A stretch of 64,000 bases of DNA from Sedimenticolaceae bacterium. GTDB taxonomy: Bacteria > Pseudomonadota > Gammaproteobacteria > Chromatiales > Chromatiaceae. Every line of letters begins with the position of its first letter. Within the stretch, counting starts at the first letter, position 1. Positions 1 through 9,677 of this stretch are shown in pieces. Position numbers and translations under genes: made by a program. Location of the stretch: positions 12-64,011 of the forward strand of contig JBNKMS010000016.1 of the NCBI GenBank assembly GCA_050293315.1. Direction: 5' to 3'. Below the pieces are notes generated by a model that worked only from the letters and a program-made list of their open reading frames with translations, was not told the DNA's origin and searched no databases.

Positions 1-216
1 CACCTCGCCATCTTCAAGTCGGCACCCCTCTTCATCGCCGCTGCGATTCAATGGCCGCAGCACCTCGGAGAAGAACTTGCCCGCCTCCTCCACTACGGCA
101 TTTATCAGGTCGCCATCGAACTCCTCACAACCCGGCAGGGCCTGGATCCGTGCCGGATCGAACAGCTCGTGATAGATAAACTGGTAATCCCTCAAGGGGG
201 GTTGATACTCGGCCAT
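1..216 (-). CDS. acyl-CoA dehydrogenase, N-terminal fragment (gene runs off the window start)
   Basis: Hand translation of the reverse strand from ATG 216..214 gives MAEYQPPLRDYQFIYHELFDPARIQALPGCEEFDGDLINAVVEEAGKFFSEVLRPLNRSGDEEGCRLEDGEV. This is clearly paralogous to the N-terminus of the 594-aa acyl-CoA dehydrogenase at 7659..9443. It starts 3 nt after the stop of the upstream gene. Confidence 0.8.
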   Translation of the reverse strand, partial: MAEYQPPLRDYQFIYHELFDPARIQALPGCEEFDGDLINAVVEEAGKFFSEVLRPLNRSGDEEGCRLEDGEV

Positions 217-219
217 CTC

Positions 220-2544
220 TTAGTTCCTCAGGGGTTTGCCGGTTTCTAACATATGTTCCATGCGCGCCAGGGTGTCCGGATTCCTGGCCAGATGCATGAA
301 CTGCTCCAGCTCAAGGTCCAGCAGATCCTGCTCTGACATGGGTTCGGTCATATCGGTGTCACCACCGCTGAGCACTTCGATTAGACCATCGGCCACTACC
401 TTGTCGTGCGGCGTCACCTTGCCCAGCTTGGCGAAGCCATCCACCCCCATCTCCATCGCCACGCGGGCGGTGGGGCCCGGCAGGTTGATCTCTACCGGCT
501 CGGGTGGGCTGTAACCGTCGACCATCGATAGTACCTTGGCCTTGGCATCGGCCAGCAGCCTGTCCCGGTTCATGGTTACAGCGTCACCCTCACGCAGGAA
601 CAGGTAGTCGAAGGCCTCCGGGGCACTCTTGGCCACGGTGGCCACACTGATAGTCTCGAACGCCTTGATCGCCGGCGGCATAGGACCACCAGGACGACGC
701 TGGTTAACCGTCCAGCGGGTAAGTAGCTCCTTGCATCCACCCCAGCCGGGGATTACACCGACGCCCACCTCCACCAGACCGACATAGGTCTCGGCATGGG
801 CCTGCAGGGCATCGCAGTGGAGCAGGATCTCGCAGCCGCCACCCAGGGCCAGCCCGGATGGTGCGCCGACCACCGGGAAGGGGGCATACTTCAGGGTCAT
901 ATAGGTATCCTGCCCCCCCTTAACCATCGCCTTGGCCTCGTCCCACATCGCTAGGTTGGCGGCATAGAGCAGCAGACCAAGATTGGCGCCGGCAGAGAAG
1001 TTGCTCCCTTCGTTGTAGACAACCAGTGCCTTGAAACCCATGGTCGGCACCAATACTACGGCCTTCTGGATCATCTCCATGATCTGCGGGTCGAGCGAGT
1101 TCATCTTAGAGCTAAACTCCAGACATACCACACCGTCGCCGATGTCCCATAGGGCAGCGGAAGAGTTCTGCGCCAGCGGTTTGCTCTGCCGTTTGATGTC
1201 GGCCAGCAGCAGTACCCCCTCGGGACGCGGTAGATCGGCGTAATTACCATCGGTGGTGAAGTACTGCAGCACGCCGTTTTCAGTCCGGTAGAAGGTACCG
1301 TCACCGACCGCCTGCAATAACGGCGGCAGCGCCATGCCCTCGGCGCTTAGGCGCTGGGCAAACCAGGCAGGGCCGATACGATCGATCAGTTCAAACGGAC
1401 CGTATTTCCAGGCATAGCCGAGACGCATCGCCTCATCCACCGCATGGATCTGGTCATGTATTGTCGGCACCAGACTGGCGGCATAGCTCAACACCTTGGA
1501 CATAACACTCCAGGCGTAGCGCCCACCCTCGTCCGGGTGTTGCAACATTATCTGCAGGCCAAGTCTTGCGGCGCTGATACTCTCCAGTCTCGGTTTGACC
1601 GATTCTGCATACTCACCACTCTGCAGGTCGATGCTCTCCTTGACCTTGCCGCCACCCTCACGATTGATGCGATAGAAGCCGCCCTTACCCTTACGCCCGG
1701 TGTAACCATCGGCGATCATCTTCTCCAGCAGCTGCGGTATCTCCGCCACCTCAAAGAAGGCATCACCTTCGGGCAGGGTCGCCTTCATGCTCTGCATCAG
1801 GTGCGGCATCAGATCCAGGCCCACCAGATCGGAGAGTCCGAACACACCGGTCTTGGGGATACCCATCGGCTTGCCGATAACGGCGTCGGCCACCTCTACC
1901 GAGACCCCCATGCGGAAGGCCTCCAGCACCGCGGTCTGGATCCAGTAGATCCCGATGCGGTTGGCGATGAATCCAGGGGTGTCTTTACAATCGACAACGC
2001 CCTTACCCAGGCGGTGGTCGCAAAATAGCCTTACACTGGTGACGACCTCATCGCGGGTCTTTTTGCCTTTGACGATCTCCAGTAGACGCATGTAGCGCGG
2101 CGGATTAAAGAAGTGGGTGATAAGAAAATCCTCGGCGAAACCATCAGGCATATCTTTTACCAGATGGTCCAGAGGGATTGATGAGGTGTTGGATGAGACC
2201 ACGGTGCCAGGCCTGCGCACCTCATCGATCTTGCGGTAGAGGGACTGTTTGATATCGAGACGCTCGATCACCGCCTCAATGATCCAATCGCACTCTGCCA
2301 GCAATTCGATGTGATCTTCGATATTACCGGTGGTTACCAGTTTGGCGTTACGTTTGTGCATGAAGGCCGCGGGTTCGGCCTTGAGCAGTCTCTTTACTGC
2401 GGTCTCGGCGATAACGTTGCGGTCCTTCGCCCCATCCGGGACGATATCGAGCAGCACCACCGGCACCCCGGCATTCGCCATGTGAGCGGCGATCCCCGCC
2501 CCCATGACGCCAGCACCAATGACCGCAACCCTGTTGATCTCCAT
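220..2544 (-). CDS. fused 3-hydroxyacyl-CoA dehydrogenase (N-terminal) / enoyl-CoA hydratase (C-terminal), FadN-type domain order
   Basis: ORF 220..2592. There is a Rossmann motif VAVIGAGVMGAGIAAHMANAG just after MEINR, and a crotonase-type ALGGGCEILLHCD in the C-terminal third. The likely start is Met17 (ATG 2544..2542), which overlaps the upstream thiolase TGA stop by 1 nt. Confidence 0.85.
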   Translation of the reverse strand: MEINRVAVIGAGVMGAGIAAHMANAGVPVVLLDIVPDGAKDRNVIAETAVKRLLKAEPAAFMHKRNAKLVTTGNIEDHIELLAECDWIIEAVIERLDIKQSLYRKIDEVRRPGTVVSSNTSSIPLDHLVKDMPDGFAEDFLITHFFNPPRYMRLLEIVKGKKTRDEVVTSVRLFCDHRLGKGVVDCKDTPGFIANRIGIYWIQTAVLEAFRMGVSVEVADAVIGKPMGIPKTGVFGLSDLVGLDLMPHLMQSMKATLPEGDAFFEVAEIPQLLEKMIADGYTGRKGKGGFYRINREGGGKVKESIDLQSGEYAESVKPRLESISAARLGLQIMLQHPDEGGRYAWSVMSKVLSYAASLVPTIHDQIHAVDEAMRLGYAWKYGPFELIDRIGPAWFAQRLSAEGMALPPLLQAVGDGTFYRTENGVLQYFTTDGNYADLPRPEGVLLLADIKRQSKPLAQNSSAALWDIGDGVVCLEFSSKMNSLDPQIMEMIQKAVVLVPTMGFKALVVYNEGSNFSAGANLGLLLYAANLAMWDEAKAMVKGGQDTYMTLKYAPFPVVGAPSGLALGGGCEILLHCDALQAHAETYVGLVEVGVGVIPGWGGCKELLTRWTVNQRRPGGPMPPAIKAFETISVATVAKSAPEAFDYLFLREGDAVTMNRDRLLADAKAKVLSMVDGYSPPEPVEINLPGPTARVAMEMGVDGFAKLGKVTPHDKVVADGLIEVLSGGDTDMTEPMSEQDLLDLELEQFMHLARNPDTLARMEHMLETGKPLRN

Positions 2545-3686
2545 CACAGCGCCTCCAGAATGGTTGCTATACCCTGACCTCCGCCGATGCACTGGGTGGC
2601 GAGCGCAAACTGCTTGCCCTCACGCTGTAACAGCGCGGCCGCCTTGCCGGTAATGCGCGCACCGCTGGCGCCTAGCGGGTGTCCCAGGGCGATAGCACCA
2701 CCATCCAGGTTGATCTTCTCCATATCCAGGCCCAGGTCGCGGATGCAGGCCAGAGACTGGCTGGCGAAGGCCTCGTTGAGTTCGATGATGTCGAGATCGG
2801 ATGCCTCGAGCCCGGCCCGGGTCAGCGCCTTGCGGGTTGCCGCCACCGGGCCGATACCCATAATCTCAGGTGCACACCCGGCCACGGCGATGCTCTTGAT
2901 CGCGGCGATGGGTTTCAGGCTATGCTCTTTTGCATACTCCTCGCTACACACCAGGGTGGCGCTGGCGCCATCGGTGAGCGGGGATGAGGTACCGGCGGTA
3001 ACCGAACCATCTTGCGAGAAGGCCGGCTTGAGATCGGCCAGACCCTCTGCCGTGGTCTCTGGGCGAATGCAGCCATCCTGCTCTACCAACCCCTTACCGG
3101 TATCGATTGCAACGATCTCGTCACTGAGTTTGCCGGCTGTGCGTGCCGCCGCAGCCTTCTGCTGGCTGAGCACTGCAAACTCCTCCTGCTCTGCACGCGA
3201 GAGTTGATATTTTTGCGCCACATTTTCGGCGGTCTCGCCCATGCCCATGTAGGCAGCAGGCATTGACTTGTATAGCACCGGGTTAGGCATCGGATTGAAG
3301 CCGGTCATGGGTACGCGGGTCATCGACTCAACCCCGGCGGCGATAAAGATATCGCCCGCCCCCATCTGGATAGCACCAGCCGCCATATGGATCGACTGCA
3401 TGGAGGAGCCGCAGAAGCGGTTCACTGTAGTACCGGCCACCGACTGCGGCAGACCGGCGAGAAAACCGACCAGACGCGCCAGATTGAAACCCTGCTCAGC
3501 CTCAGGAAAGGCGCAGCCCAGGATCAGGTCCTCAATATCTTCCGCCGCTACCCCGCTCTTTGCGACCAGTGCCTTGACCACCTGGGCGGCCATATCGTCC
3601 GGACGGACCTTGACCATTTCGCCCTTGCTGGCAAAGGTGAAGGGGGAACGTACATAGTCAGCAATTACCACGCGCTTCATTGCCAC
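2544..3686 (-). CDS. acetyl-CoA C-acyltransferase (degradative thiolase)
   Basis: 380 aa with thiolase hallmarks: NRFCGSSMQ (active-site Cys), NEAFASQ, and GGAIALGHPLGASGAR...CIGGGQG at the C-terminus. Confidence 0.9.
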   Translation of the reverse strand: MAMKRVVIADYVRSPFTFASKGEMVKVRPDDMAAQVVKALVAKSGVAAEDIEDLILGCAFPEAEQGFNLARLVGFLAGLPQSVAGTTVNRFCGSSMQSIHMAAGAIQMGAGDIFIAAGVESMTRVPMTGFNPMPNPVLYKSMPAAYMGMGETAENVAQKYQLSRAEQEEFAVLSQQKAAAARTAGKLSDEIVAIDTGKGLVEQDGCIRPETTAEGLADLKPAFSQDGSVTAGTSSPLTDGASATLVCSEEYAKEHSLKPIAAIKSIAVAGCAPEIMGIGPVAATRKALTRAGLEASDLDIIELNEAFASQSLACIRDLGLDMEKINLDGGAIALGHPLGASGARITGKAAALLQREGKQFALATQCIGGGQGIATILEAL

Positions 3687-3741
3687 TCTCCGAGTTATTT
3701 CGTTAAAAGTAAAAAGAAAAGGTTGTAGATCGCGCCAGGTC

Positions 3742-4152
3742 TCATTTGTCAGGCGCCTCTAACTTGGCGATACACTCCTGGCGCATCTCCTCCAGCTCGG
3801 CCAGGGTGGTCTCCAGATCCTCGCGCTGCTGCTCCAGCTCGCCAACCCGCCGATCCACCTTCTCCAGTAGCAGCTGCACCTGCATCACCTTGGAGGGATC
3901 GGCGTCGTACATATCCAGATACTCTTTGATGTCGGCAAGGGTGAAACCGAGGCGCTTGCCGCGCAGGATCAACTGCATGCGTCCCCTGTCACGATGGGAG
4001 TAGATCCGGGTATTGCCGGCACGCCGCGGTTTGATCAACCCCTTGGTCTCGTAGAAACGAATGGCGCGCGGGGTTATGCCCAGATCTTTAGCCAGTTCGG
4101 TCACACTATAGAAATCAGTGGTACATATCTGTGTTATAGATGCCGGTGTCAT
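3742..4152 (-). CDS. MerR-family transcriptional regulator (LiuR-like by context)
   Basis: 136 aa. N-terminal HTH YSVTELAKDLGITPRAIRFYETKGLI followed by a coiled-coil C-terminus. It is the first gene of the thiolase / 3-hydroxyacyl-CoA dehydrogenase / acyl-CoA dehydrogenase operon. Confidence 0.8.
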   Translation of the reverse strand: MTPASITQICTTDFYSVTELAKDLGITPRAIRFYETKGLIKPRRAGNTRIYSHRDRGRMQLILRGKRLGFTLADIKEYLDMYDADPSKVMQVQLLLEKVDRRVGELEQQREDLETTLAELEEMRQECIAKLEAPDK

Positions 4153-4173
4153 AGGTCCTCACTATAATTCTGG

Positions 4174-4190
4174 GTTACGTTAACGTCAAC
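4174..4190. promoter_or_regulatory. near-perfect palindrome GTTACGTTAACGTCAAC, candidate MerR-type operator
   Basis: Read directly. The core ACGTTAACGT is self-complementary. It lies 22 nt upstream of the MerR-family start codon, and a related element occurs at 9567..9590. Confidence 0.45.
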
Positions 4191-4247
4191 ATACATCCCT
4201 AATGGTTATGGTGTCTACTGTTTTTAGCCGGATTTGCCAAAAACAGA

Positions 4248-5906
4248 CTACATATTGGGGTAATTTGGTCCGCCACCCCCCTCTGGGGCGTGCCAGACAA
4301 TGTTCTGCGTTGGATCTTTAATATCGCAGGTCTTGCAGTGTAGACAGTTCGCCGCATTGATCTGCAATCTGGGCCCGCCGTCCTCACCATCATGCAGGAT
4401 CTCATACACACCGGCGGGACAGTAGCGCTGCTCGGGGGCGTCGTACACCGCCAGATTAACCGCAATCGCCACCTCCGGGTTGCTCAACACCAGATGACAC
4501 GGCTGATCCTCCTCATGCCCGGTGTTAGAGATGAACACGGAGGAGAGGCGATCAAAGCTGACGACAGCGTCTGGTTTCGGATAGGCGATGGGCCGACACT
4601 CTTTGGCGGGTCTCAGGATTTGGTGGTCCACCGTCCTGTCGTGCAGAGTCAGGGGCAGCCTGCCACGGAACAGATTCTGGTCAATAAAGTTGAACGTGCC
4701 TCCAAGCATCACCCCAAACCGGTGCAGCGCCGGGCCGAAGCTGCGGCTACGGTAGAGTTCATCGTAGAGCCAGGAGTTTTGCACTGTTGCGGCATACGCC
4801 TTAAGATCGCGATCCTCCGGCTCTTCATTTGCCAGGGCGCTAAACACCGTCTCTGCGGCCAGCATGCCCGACTTCATGGCGGTGTGGCCGCCCTTGATCT
4901 TGGAAAAATTGAGAGTACCCGCATCGCAGCCCAGCAACAGTCCGCCTGGGAAGTGCTGTCGTGGCAGGGAGTTCAGGCCACCCTTGGTAATGGCACGGGC
5001 GCCGTAACTCAGGCGCTTACCACCCTCCAGTACACCCCGAATCTCCGGATGCTGTTTGAAACGCTGAAACTCCTCGAACGGGGAGAGATGTGGATTGCTA
5101 TAGTTGAGATCTACGATCAGGCCGAGCGCCACCTGACCATCGGCCGCATGATAGAGGAAAGAGCCACCACTGGCACCGCTCTCGGAGAGCGGCCACCCGG
5201 CACCATGCAGCACCCGTCCCGGCTTGTGCTTGCCCGGCTCCACCTGCCACAGCTCTTTAATCCCCAGGCCGTAGTGCTGGGGATCGCAATCCTGGTCTAA
5301 TTGGTAGCGCTCAATCAACTGCCTGCCCAGGTGGCCACGGCTACCCTCGGCAAACAGGGTGTAGCGACCGCGCAGCTCGATTCCCGGCTCAAAGCCAGGC
5401 TTCTCTGCGCCATCCCTGCCCCGCCCCATATCGCCGGTGATTACCCCTGCGACCTGGCCCGAATCGTTTAGCAACAGCTCCGCCGCTGGATAGCCGGCGA
5501 ATATATCAACCCCGGCCGCCTCCGCCTGATCACCCAGCCAGCGGCAGAGATTACCCATACTAATAACGTAGTTGCCCCTGTTGTGCATGCTTTTAGGGGT
5601 CAACAGGGCGGGCATACCTACTGCACGCTTGGGTCCGATAAAAAGCGCCACCCTGTCCTCGCTCACCGGCGTATCCAGGGGGGCGCCCTGCTCCTGCCAA
5701 CCAGGCAGTAATTCATCCAAGGCACGGCTCTCAAACAGGGCGCCGGAGAGTATATGGGCCCCAATCTCCGAGCCCTTCTCCAACAGACAGACTGAGAGCT
5801 CTTGCTCCTGCTGTTGTGCCAACTGACGCAGGCGTATCGCTGCGGACAGCCCGGCTGGACCGCCACCGACAATCACTACATCGAATTCCATGCTCTCGCG
5901 TTCCAT
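4248..5906 (-). CDS. electron-transfer flavoprotein:ubiquinone oxidoreductase (ETF-QO)
   Basis: 552 aa. FAD motif DVVIVGGGPAGLSAA, and a C-terminal 4Fe-4S region CPAGVYE...CLHCKTCDIKDP. The start could be Met1 or Met6. Confidence 0.9.
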   Translation of the reverse strand: MERESMEFDVVIVGGGPAGLSAAIRLRQLAQQQEQELSVCLLEKGSEIGAHILSGALFESRALDELLPGWQEQGAPLDTPVSEDRVALFIGPKRAVGMPALLTPKSMHNRGNYVISMGNLCRWLGDQAEAAGVDIFAGYPAAELLLNDSGQVAGVITGDMGRGRDGAEKPGFEPGIELRGRYTLFAEGSRGHLGRQLIERYQLDQDCDPQHYGLGIKELWQVEPGKHKPGRVLHGAGWPLSESGASGGSFLYHAADGQVALGLIVDLNYSNPHLSPFEEFQRFKQHPEIRGVLEGGKRLSYGARAITKGGLNSLPRQHFPGGLLLGCDAGTLNFSKIKGGHTAMKSGMLAAETVFSALANEEPEDRDLKAYAATVQNSWLYDELYRSRSFGPALHRFGVMLGGTFNFIDQNLFRGRLPLTLHDRTVDHQILRPAKECRPIAYPKPDAVVSFDRLSSVFISNTGHEEDQPCHLVLSNPEVAIAVNLAVYDAPEQRYCPAGVYEILHDGEDGGPRLQINAANCLHCKTCDIKDPTQNIVWHAPEGGGGPNYPNM

Positions 5907-5951
5907 ACCAATACCCCGCGTCGCCTCTTTAATGTCTGCTCCGGATGCCGC

Positions 5952-6881
5952 TCAATCCAGAGCAGTGATCAATTCCGGTACCGCCTCGAACAGATCGGCC
6001 ACCAACCCATAGTCGGCCACCTCAAAGATCGGCGCCTCTTCATCCTTGTCGATAGCGACAATCACCTTGCTCTCTTTCATTCCCGCCAGATGTTGGATGG
6101 CGCCTGAGATACCGACCGAGATATAGAGCTCCGGGGCCACGATCTTGCCGGTCTGTCCCACCTGGTAGTCGTTGGAGATAAACTTGGCGTCCACCGCCGC
6201 GCGGGAGGCGCCTACCGCACCGCCCAGTTTGTCTGCCAGCTGTTCGATCAGATTGAAGTTCTCCTTGCTGCCGACACCGCGCCCGCCTGAGACCACCACC
6301 CGTGCGGTGGTGAGATCGGGCCGGTCGGACTTGGTCAGACTACGTGAGACAAAACTGGATACCGAATCACCACCTGCCGCAGAGATAGTCTCTACCGGCG
6401 CCACATCACTGCCCGCCTCTGCCGGCTCAAATGCGGTGGCGCGCACCGTTATCACCTTGATCGGATCGGAGCTGCGCATGGTAGCGATGGCACTGCCGGC
6501 ATAGATGGGACGCTTGAATGTATCGGCGTCTATCACCTCGATAATCTCAGAGATCTGGGCCACATCAAGCAGGGCGGCCACCCGCGGCATCAGATTCTTG
6601 CCAAAGGTGGTGGCTGGCGCCAATAGGTGACTGTACTCCCTGCCGATACCCTCAAGCAGTAGCGCCAGCGGCTCAGCCAGACTATGGGCATAGGCCTCGT
6701 CCTCACACAGCAGCACCCGTGCAACACCCGTCAGGGCAGCGGCCTCATCGGCCACACCACGGCACTCTGCACCCGCTACCAATAGAGACACCTCACCCAG
6801 AGCGGCCCCCGCAGTGACCGCATTGCGTGTCGCCGGACCCAATGCCCCACCGTCATGTTCAGCAATGACCAGAACTCCCAT
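5952..6881 (-). CDS. etfA: electron transfer flavoprotein alpha subunit
   Basis: 309 aa with the ETF-alpha signature [19 protein letters not shown]. Its start overlaps the etfB stop by 1 nt. Confidence 0.9.
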   Translation of the reverse strand: MGVLVIAEHDGGALGPATRNAVTAGAALGEVSLLVAGAECRGVADEAAALTGVARVLLCEDEAYAHSLAEPLALLLEGIGREYSHLLAPATTFGKNLMPRVAALLDVAQISEIIEVIDADTFKRPIYAGSAIATMRSSDPIKVITVRATAFEPAEAGSDVAPVETISAAGGDSVSSFVSRSLTKSDRPDLTTARVVVSGGRGVGSKENFNLIEQLADKLGGAVGASRAAVDAKFISNDYQVGQTGKIVAPELYISVGISGAIQHLAGMKESKVIVAIDKDEEAPIFEVADYGLVADLFEAVPELITALD

Positions 6882-7630
6882 TAGATTACCCTCGCTTCGT
6901 TGCGCAGCTTGTCCACCAGTGCGGCCACATCTGCCACCTTAACGCCGCCGCTGCGCTTGGGCGGCTCTTCTACCTTTAGTACCTCCAACCGCGGCTTGAT
7001 ATCCACCCCCAACTCGTCAGGGGTAGTGACATCCAGCGGTTTCTTCTTCGCCTTCATGATATTGGGCAGCTTGACGTAGCGTGGCTCATTTAGCCGCAGA
7101 TCGGTGGTCACCACCGCTGGCAGTGGCAGGGCCACCGTCTCCAGTCCGCCATCAATCTCACGGGTCACCTCCACTCTGCCCTCTGACAGGACCACCTCGG
7201 AGGCAAAGGTCCCCTGACCCCAGCCCAGCAATGCAGCCAGCATCTGGCCGGTCTGATTGTTGTCGTCGTCTATGGCCTGCTTGCCCATAATGATCAGATC
7301 GGGCTGCTCCCGCTTTACCACCTCGGCCAGCAGCTTCGCGACCGCCAGTGGCTGCAGCTCTGCATCGCTCTCCACCAGGATCGCCCGATCCAGACCCATT
7401 GCCAGCGCCGTACGCAGGGTCTCCTGACACGCCGTAACGCCCAGAGAGACCACTATCGCCTCGTCGGCCTTGCCCGACTCGCGCAGACGCACCGCCTCCT
7501 CTACGGCAATCTCGTCAAAGGGGTTCATGGCCATCTTCAGGTTGGCCAGATCGACGCCGCTACCATCAGCCTTGACACTGATCTTAACGTTGGCGTCGAC
7601 CACCCGTTTTGCGCATACCAGAATCTTCAT
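6881..7630 (-). CDS. etfB: electron transfer flavoprotein beta subunit
   Basis: 249 aa. [12 protein letters not shown]...[11 protein letters not shown] is typical of ETF-beta. Confidence 0.9.
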   Translation of the reverse strand: MKILVCAKRVVDANVKISVKADGSGVDLANLKMAMNPFDEIAVEEAVRLRESGKADEAIVVSLGVTACQETLRTALAMGLDRAILVESDAELQPLAVAKLLAEVVKREQPDLIIMGKQAIDDDNNQTGQMLAALLGWGQGTFASEVVLSEGRVEVTREIDGGLETVALPLPAVVTTDLRLNEPRYVKLPNIMKAKKKPLDVTTPDELGVDIKPRLEVLKVEEPPKRSGGVKVADVAALVDKLRNEARVI

Positions 7631-7658
7631 TCACCACTCCTTATTATTAAACCCGTTG

Positions 7659-9443
7659 TCACCAGGCCCTATCATCAAAAAACATCATACAGTCACCGCC
7701 TGCAGCTATGGCCCGATAGTGGGCCTCACTCCGAGGCAGGATCCGTTGCATAAAGAACCGTGCCGTCCTTACCTTGGCATCATAAAAAACAGATTCATCA
7801 CCATCCCTCAATCTTAGCCCGATCTCTGCCATCCGCGCCCACATGTAGGCAAGTGCGACCAGGCCAAACAGCTGTAGAAAATCCATCGCCCCTGCACCAA
7901 CCTCTGCCGGATTTGCGGCAGCGCTCCGGCGCAGGGTTTGGGCTGCGCCCTCCAGCCGTTTCACCGCCTCGGCCAGGGGTGCGGTAAATTCAGTAAGCAC
8001 AGCGTCGTCAGCCTTGTCACTGAGGAATGTCCGGACGGGGTCGAGAAAACGCTCGATCAATCTACCATCCGCCATAAACAGCTTGCGTTCCGCCAGATCC
8101 ATCGCCTGAATCCCGTTGGTTCCCTCATAGATCTGCCCGATGCGCACATCGCGCACCAGCTGTTCCATCCCATGCTCACGGATATAGCCGTGGCCGCCCA
8201 GGACCTGCAGACCCAGGTTCGCCACCTCGAAACCAATGTCGGTAAGATAGGCCTTGACCACCGGGGTAAGCAGGGCCACCAACTCATCTGCCTGCTGCCG
8301 CTGTTCTACATCTGGAGCGTGACTGGCAACATCAAGCTGCTGCGCCACCCACACAGAGAGCGCCCTACACCCCTCTGTCAAGGAGCGCATAGTAAGTAGC
8401 ATCCGGCGCACATCCGGGTGCACGGTGATGGGATCGGCCTGCGCCTCCCTGTTCTGCACGCCCAGTGGCGAACGCCCCTGAAGACGCTCCTGGGCGTAGG
8501 CCACTGCATTCTGATAGGATGCCTCCGCAATACCCAACCCCTGGGTTCCAACGGCCAGACGCTCAACATTCATCATCTTGAACATGGCGCGTATACCGCT
8601 GTTCAACTCACCTACCAGCCACCCCTTGGCGCCATCGAAATTCAGCACACAGGTGGAGGAGGCCTTGAGTCCCATCTTGTGTTCAATAGCACCACAAGTA
8701 ACACTGTTTGGCTCGCCGAGACCTCCATCATCTCCAGGCAGGATCTTTGGCACCACGAACAGACTGACGCCACGGATCCCTGCGGGCGCATCCGGTGTGC
8801 GTGCCAATACCAGGTGGACGATGTTCTCGCTGAGGTCATGATCTCCTGAGGTAATAAATATCTTGGTGCCGGTCAGATCGTAGCTGCCGTCCGTCTGCGG
8901 CACGGCGCGGGTACGCAGCAGACCGAGATCGGTCCCACAGTGCGGCTCGGTCAGGCACATAGTGCCACTCCACTCGCCGGACGCCATACGGGGAAGATAG
9001 AGCTCCTTTAACGCGATATCGGAGTAGCTCTCCAGCGCACCCCAGGCACCATTGGTCAGGCCGGGGTAGAGACTGAAGGAGAGATTGCAGGAGCAGAGCA
9101 TCTCGTCGACCAACATATAGAGGGACTTTGGCAGACCCTGTCCACCATACTCGGAGTCGAAGGCAATACTGTTCCACCCCGCCTCGATGAAATCCTGGTA
9201 GGCCTCTTTGAAGCCCTCAGGGGTGATTACTTGACCATCCTGCCAGAGGCAGCCCGCCTCATCACCACTGCGATTGAGCGGCAATAGCCGCTCGCTGGCA
9301 AACCTGCCCGCCTCTTCCAGGATCGACTCCATAGTCTCTCGGTCCAGCTCTTCGAATCCGGGAAACTGCTGCAGGGCCTCTCCCTGGAACAGTTCATAGT
9401 AGTTGAACAGCATATCGCGGATCGGAGCGCGGTATTGCAACAT
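7659..9443 (-). CDS. long-type acyl-CoA dehydrogenase
   Basis: 594 aa. Acyl-CoA dehydrogenase core (SGEWSGTMCLTEPHCGTDL, IYEGTNGIQ) plus a C-terminal extension. Paralogous to the fragment at 1..216. Confidence 0.85.
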   Translation of the reverse strand: MLQYRAPIRDMLFNYYELFQGEALQQFPGFEELDRETMESILEEAGRFASERLLPLNRSGDEAGCLWQDGQVITPEGFKEAYQDFIEAGWNSIAFDSEYGGQGLPKSLYMLVDEMLCSCNLSFSLYPGLTNGAWGALESYSDIALKELYLPRMASGEWSGTMCLTEPHCGTDLGLLRTRAVPQTDGSYDLTGTKIFITSGDHDLSENIVHLVLARTPDAPAGIRGVSLFVVPKILPGDDGGLGEPNSVTCGAIEHKMGLKASSTCVLNFDGAKGWLVGELNSGIRAMFKMMNVERLAVGTQGLGIAEASYQNAVAYAQERLQGRSPLGVQNREAQADPITVHPDVRRMLLTMRSLTEGCRALSVWVAQQLDVASHAPDVEQRQQADELVALLTPVVKAYLTDIGFEVANLGLQVLGGHGYIREHGMEQLVRDVRIGQIYEGTNGIQAMDLAERKLFMADGRLIERFLDPVRTFLSDKADDAVLTEFTAPLAEAVKRLEGAAQTLRRSAAANPAEVGAGAMDFLQLFGLVALAYMWARMAEIGLRLRDGDESVFYDAKVRTARFFMQRILPRSEAHYRAIAAGGDCMMFFDDRAW

Positions 9444-9566
9444 GCCATGATTCCTCGTGTAGACCTATTCCCTTGTCTGCAGACTACCTCTTCATCCACT
9501 ATTTTAGGAGAGTGGCGCCCAAACAGACACAAGGGTCACAAATATGCATTACGTTATGGTAATTTA

Positions 9567-9590
9567 GTTGACGTATACGTTAATGTCAAC
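9567..9590. promoter_or_regulatory. GTTGACGTATACGTTAATGTCAAC palindromic element, candidate MerR-type operator
   Basis: The GTTGAC/GTCAAC ends are reverse complements, with ACGT repeats inside. It shares the GTTGACGT / ACGT..CAAC half-site character with 4174..4190. It lies in the divergent region between the acyl-CoA dehydrogenase (start 9443) and the thiolase (start 9678). Confidence 0.4.
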
Positions 9591-9677
9591 CATTATTAAC
9601 CTGTAATCCAACTTCGTACAGCGGTCATAGCCGCTGTATTGCATCAATAACAGCACTTACAGCAGAGGAAAGACGCG

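Noticed and set aside
4392-5300. A 302-aa + strand ORF. Similar long antisense ORFs occur at 1444..2028, 61650..62465, 29857..30414 and 37504..38121.
   Set aside because: Each lies entirely antisense within a confidently recognised gene (ETF-QO, FadN-type, GGDEF-EAL, aspS, prc). Their translations are Arg/Leu/His/Pro-rich with no motifs, as expected for open antisense frames in GC-rich coding DNA.
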